Positions 60,554 through 64,000 of a stretch of 64,000 nucleotides of DNA are shown here, in pieces (within the stretch, counting starts at the first letter, position 1; every line of letters starts with the position of its first letter). The notes under the pieces were generated by a model. That model made no database searches, was not told the origin of the DNA, and saw only the letters and a list, made by a program, of their open reading frames with translations. The stretch comes from Longimicrobiales bacterium (GTDB lineage Bacteria; Gemmatimonadota; Gemmatimonadetes; Longimicrobiales; Gaopeijiaceae), in the NCBI GenBank assembly GCA_965204735.1, contig OZ242008.1:3424001-3488000 (forward strand). The letters are read 5' to 3'. The position numbers and the translations under genes were made by a program.

Positions 60554-62743
60554 CTACTTGACGAAGAGCATGTCGCGATAGGTGGGGAGCGGCCAGAAGT
60601 CGTCGGGGACCACCGCTTCCATGCGGTCCACCACGTCGCGCACCGCGTTCATGGCGGGGATCACGTTGTCGCGCATGTGGACCGCCTTGGACGACATCTC
60701 GTCGCCGCCCAGCTCGGCGTTCTGGGCGTCCAGCGCGTCCAGCGCGTCGGCCAGCTCGTCCACCAGCCCCGAGACCCGTCGCGCCGTGGACGTCACGCCC
60801 CGGCACCGGACCCCGGCCCCGTCGGCGTTCGCGGAGATCGACACCAGGTCGTTCAGGTAGCGGACCGCCGCCGGGAGGATCATGGTGCGGGCCATGCTCG
60901 CCGCCGTCTCGGCCTCGATGTTGACCTTGATGAAGTACTGCTCCGTGCGCACCTCCAGGCGGGACTCCAGCTCCCGCGGGCTGAGCACGCCGTACTTCTC
61001 GAAGAGGCGCTGGTTCTTGGAGGACCCCATCTTGGGCAGGGCGTCCACGGCGGTGCGCAGGTTGAGAAGGCCGCGCCGCTCGGCTTCCGCCACCCAGTCG
61101 GCCGAGTAGTTGTCGCCGTTGAAGACGACCCGCTTGAACGCCCGCACCTCCTTGGCCAGCAGCTTCCGCAGGGCGTCTTCCAGCTTCGCGCCGCCGTCCA
61201 CCGCCTCTTCCAGCTCCGTCGTCATCTCGTCGATCGACTCGGCGACGATCGTGTTGAGGACCGTGGCCGGGAACGACACGCTGATCGAGGAGCCCAGCGC
61301 CCGGAACTCGAACTTGTTGCCCGTGAAGGCGAAGGGCGACGTGCGGTTCCGGTCTCCCGCGTGCTTGGGCAGGTCCGGCAGCACGCCGACCCCCAGTCCC
61401 AGCAGTCCGCCCTGGCTGGACCCCTTGGCGGCCCCGGTCTGCTCGAGCTGGTCGAAGACGTCCTGCAGCTGGTCGCCCAGGAACACCGAGATGATCGAAG
61501 GAGGCGCCTCGTTGGCCCCCAGCCGGTGGTCGTTGCCCGCGCTGGCGATGCACGCCCGCAGCAAGTCCTGGTGACGTTCCACGGCGCGCACCACCGCCGT
61601 GCAGAAGAAGAGGAACGTCTCGTTGTCGTGGGGCGTGTCGCCGGGGTCCAGCAGGTTGTGGTCCTCGGCGCCGAACGACCAGTTGAGGTGCTTGCCGCTG
61701 CCGTTCAGCCCGGCGAAGGGCTTCTCGTGGAGGAGGCAGACGAAGCCGTACTTGCGGGCGTTCTTCTGGAGGCTCCACATCAGCAGCTGCTGGTGGTCCG
61801 ACGCCAGGTTGGCGTTCTCGTAGACCGGCGCCATCTCGTACTGGTGGGGCGCCACTTCGTTGTGCCTGGTCTTGAGGGGGACGCCGAGGCGGTACATCTC
61901 CATCTCGACCTCCTGCATGAACGCCAGCACCCGGTCGTGGATCGCGCCGAAGTAGTGGTCGTCCAGCTCCTGGCCCCGGGGCGGCTTGGCGCCGAAGAGG
62001 GTGCGGCCGGAGGTCATCAGGTCGGGCCGGCGGTAGTAGAACTCCTGGTCGATCAGGAAGAACTCCTGCTCGGGTCCCAAGCTCGCCGAGACCCGCTTCG
62101 CGTCCCGCCCGAAGAGGCCCAGGGCGCGTCGGGCGACCCGATCCAGCGCGTCGATCGAGCGGAGCAGCGGAATCTTCTTGTCCAGGCTGTCCCCGGCCCA
62201 GCTGGAGAACGCCGTGGGGATGCACAGGTAGGTCGTGGCCTCGCCTTCGAGAAGGAACGCCGGCGACGTCGGGTCCCACGCCGTGTAGCCCCTGGCCTCG
62301 AACGTCGCCCGCAGCCCGCCGGAGGGGAACGACGAGGCGTCGGGCTCGCCCTGGACCAGCTCGTTGCCGCCGAACTCGGTGATTGCGGTGCCGTCCCTCC
62401 GCACCTTCAGGAACGAGTCGTGCTTCTCGGCGGTACTGCCGGTCAGCGGCTGGAACCAGTGGGTGTAGTGGGTGGCGCCTCGGGCCAGCGCCCACTCCTT
62501 CATGGCCTCGGCCACTTGGTCGGCGACCGCCGAGTCCAGCGGCTCCCCGTTCTCGACCGTCGAGAGGAGCTGCTTGAAGACGTCGGACTTGAGCGAGGCG
62601 CGCATCTCGCGGAGGCCGAAGACCTGTCGTCCGAAGTTGCGCTCCAGGAGCTTCGGCTCGGCCACGTCGCTCGGGTCGCGCTCCCTGGGAGCCCAGGTCT
62701 TGGCGGCGACGAGGGAGTCGAAGCGGGTGCGGGTGGTGATCAT
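60554..62743 (-). CDS. glnN: Glutamine synthetase type III
   Basis: 729 aa; [61 protein letters not shown]. Confidence 0.95.
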   Translation of the reverse strand: MITTRTRFDSLVAAKTWAPRERDPSDVAEPKLLERNFGRQVFGLREMRASLKSDVFKQLLSTVENGEPLDSAVADQVAEAMKEWALARGATHYTHWFQPLTGSTAEKHDSFLKVRRDGTAITEFGGNELVQGEPDASSFPSGGLRATFEARGYTAWDPTSPAFLLEGEATTYLCIPTAFSSWAGDSLDKKIPLLRSIDALDRVARRALGLFGRDAKRVSASLGPEQEFFLIDQEFYYRRPDLMTSGRTLFGAKPPRGQELDDHYFGAIHDRVLAFMQEVEMEMYRLGVPLKTRHNEVAPHQYEMAPVYENANLASDHQQLLMWSLQKNARKYGFVCLLHEKPFAGLNGSGKHLNWSFGAEDHNLLDPGDTPHDNETFLFFCTAVVRAVERHQDLLRACIASAGNDHRLGANEAPPSIISVFLGDQLQDVFDQLEQTGAAKGSSQGGLLGLGVGVLPDLPKHAGDRNRTSPFAFTGNKFEFRALGSSISVSFPATVLNTIVAESIDEMTTELEEAVDGGAKLEDALRKLLAKEVRAFKRVVFNGDNYSADWVAEAERRGLLNLRTAVDALPKMGSSKNQRLFEKYGVLSPRELESRLEVRTEQYFIKVNIEAETAASMARTMILPAAVRYLNDLVSISANADGAGVRCRGVTSTARRVSGLVDELADALDALDAQNAELGGDEMSSKAVHMRDNVIPAMNAVRDVVDRMEAVVPDDFWPLPTYRDMLFVK

Positions 62744-62780
62744 GGGTGGCGGTCCTTGTGTCGGGGGTTTTGGCTGGGGG

Positions 62781-62839
62781 CGGCCTTGGGTTGGCGAGCG
62801 GCCGTGGGTTGGCGGGCGGCCGTGGGTTGGCGGACGGCC
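62781..62839. repeat. 18-bp tandem repeat (about 3.3 copies) upstream of glnN
   Basis: CGGCC(T/G)TGGGTTGGCG(A/G)(G/A) at 62781, 62799, 62817. Confidence 0.85.
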
Positions 62840-62895
62840 CTCCCATGGCTCGGTTCGGAGAACGCTAACTTCCCGTTGCGGACGCTGGGAAGGAC

Positions 62896-62933
62896 TTGAG
62901 CATAAGATTTATTTCGTTAGTATATCTTATGCT
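62896..62933 (+). promoter_or_regulatory. Putative sigma70 promoter overlapped by a 10-bp inverted repeat (operator)
   Basis: TTGAGC (62896) - 16 nt - TAGTAT (62918); arms AGCATAAGAT 62899-62908 and ATCTTATGCT 62924-62933. Confidence 0.6.
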
Positions 62934-64000
62934 ATTCGATCAAGTGGTCGCCCGGTTGCGCACGGTGCTGAGGCGGCCGGGACCGGTGGTGGTGTCCGCC
63001 GAGGGCAGGCTGGGGCTCTCGCCGCTCCCCTTCGTTCTGGAGGCGACCCGGGGCCGGCGACGAGTCGTCTTCGCGCCGCCGGGCCTGACCGACGCCGCCA
63101 ACCGAAACGCGCTGGCGGCTGCGCTGGCGTCGGGGGACGGGCTCGCTTCGGCGGTCGGTCGGTCGGGGGCGCCGGCGGGCAAGGCGACGGGCGACTGGAG
63201 GAGCCTGCTGGAAGCTCTGCCTTCGATGGCGCCGGTCGTTCTGGTGGTGGACGAGCCGCAGGGGATCACGGCCGTGAACCGCCGCTTCTGGCGCGAGCTG
63301 GGCGAGGCGTGGAAGCTGGTGCGGCGCAGTGGGCAGCGGGTCCAGGTGGTGCTGTGCAGCTGCGAGCGCGGAGTGGGGCGCGAGCTGAACCGTCCCGCTT
63401 CGCCATTGCGCCGCCCGGCGGCCCGTCTGGCGCCCGAACCCTGGCCCGACCCGGTGACGGTGGTGTCCGTGGAGCCCGGAACCCACTACGACCTGGCCGT
63501 TGCGCTTCCGCGCTGGAAGGGTCGCGACCTCCTGATGGGCTGGGCGCTCTTCGGGGGAGTGCCGGAGACGTGGCGGGCGGTGCCGGGTCGGCTCGACCCG
63601 GAGGGCGCCTTGCGGCGGGCCATGACGGGCTCCGGCGGTGCCCGCGACCGGTGGACGGCCGGCAACCGCTGGACGTCGGGACCCTTGGAGCTGCTGCGGC
63701 AGGGCGTGGGAAAGCCCAACCGCTACGCCTCCGTGCTTCGCGCCATGGCGGAAGGCGCCCAAAGCTGGCGGGAAGTCTCGGATCCGGCGTTCCGGGAGTC
63801 GGGAAACCGGAGCGGGGCCGGTCCCTACTTGGCGCGGCTTCGGGAGCTGGGCCTCGTCGCGACGGATCGGCCCCTGGGCGCCAGGGCGGGCGGGCGCCGG
63901 AGCCGCTATCGGCTGACCGACCCCCACGAAGCGTTCTGGTGGTCGGTGGTGCACCCGGCGCGCTCGGAGCTGCTGGTCCCGAGGCAGGCCGCAACGGTCT
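62929..64000 (+). CDS. Archaeal-type ATPase/wHTH (COG1672/DUF234-like) protein, runs off the window; not in the ORF track
   Basis: Manually translated, open from ATG 62929 to the end: VVLVVDEP, LFGGVP, YASVLRAMAEG, PYLARLRELGLV, RYRLTDPHEAFWW. Confidence 0.75.
   Translation, partial: MLFDQVVARLRTVLRRPGPVVVSAEGRLGLSPLPFVLEATRGRRRVVFAPPGLTDAANRNALAAALASGDGLASAVGRSGAPAGKATGDWRSLLEALPSMAPVVLVVDEPQGITAVNRRFWRELGEAWKLVRRSGQRVQVVLCSCERGVGRELNRPASPLRRPAARLAPEPWPDPVTVVSVEPGTHYDLAVALPRWKGRDLLMGWALFGGVPETWRAVPGRLDPEGALRRAMTGSGGARDRWTAGNRWTSGPLELLRQGVGKPNRYASVLRAMAEGAQSWREVSDPAFRESGNRSGAGPYLARLRELGLVATDRPLGARAGGRRSRYRLTDPHEAFWWSVVHPARSELLVPRQAATV

Noticed and set aside
59796..62846. 1016-aa ORF fusing an alternative glnN frame to a lipoprotein
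   Set aside because: An open alternative frame by chance; the lipoprotein has its own RBS and ATG at 60419.

Overview
High-GC bacterial chromosomal window with several accessory regions. Left to right it holds: the 3' part of a large N6-adenine DNA methyltransferase carrying a C13 tract; an intact IS630 element; a beta-propeller-like exported protein and a GT-C glycosyltransferase; a liv-type ABC transporter operon with two acyl-CoA ligases; a duplicated-and-eroded AraC/ECF-sigma/lipoprotein module; and a cluster of beta-propeller-like lipoproteins. A ~22 kb defence island (21777-44239) follows. Its core is a class-1-like DISARM locus (drmD-drmMI-drmA-drmB) with no drmC in the window. Two tandem ABC-ATPase + TOPRIM-like (DUF4276-type) gene pairs are coupled inside it between drmMI and drmA, and a TIR-NTPase gene lies at its head. 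A divergent XRE-ImmA/IrrE regulator and a PIN-domain pair flank it. The right part holds housekeeping genes (HAD hydrolase, DinB, aconitase X pair, M14 peptidase, thiC, amidohydrolase, type III glutamine synthetase), an uncharacterised STAND-like NTPase with a partner gene, an orphan AAA ATPase, tandem lipoprotein paralogues and a truncated ATPase-wHTH gene under a palindromic operator. All family calls come from motif recognition by eye; no database search was run. Three single-base frameshifts sit in short G/C runs and may be sequencing errors.
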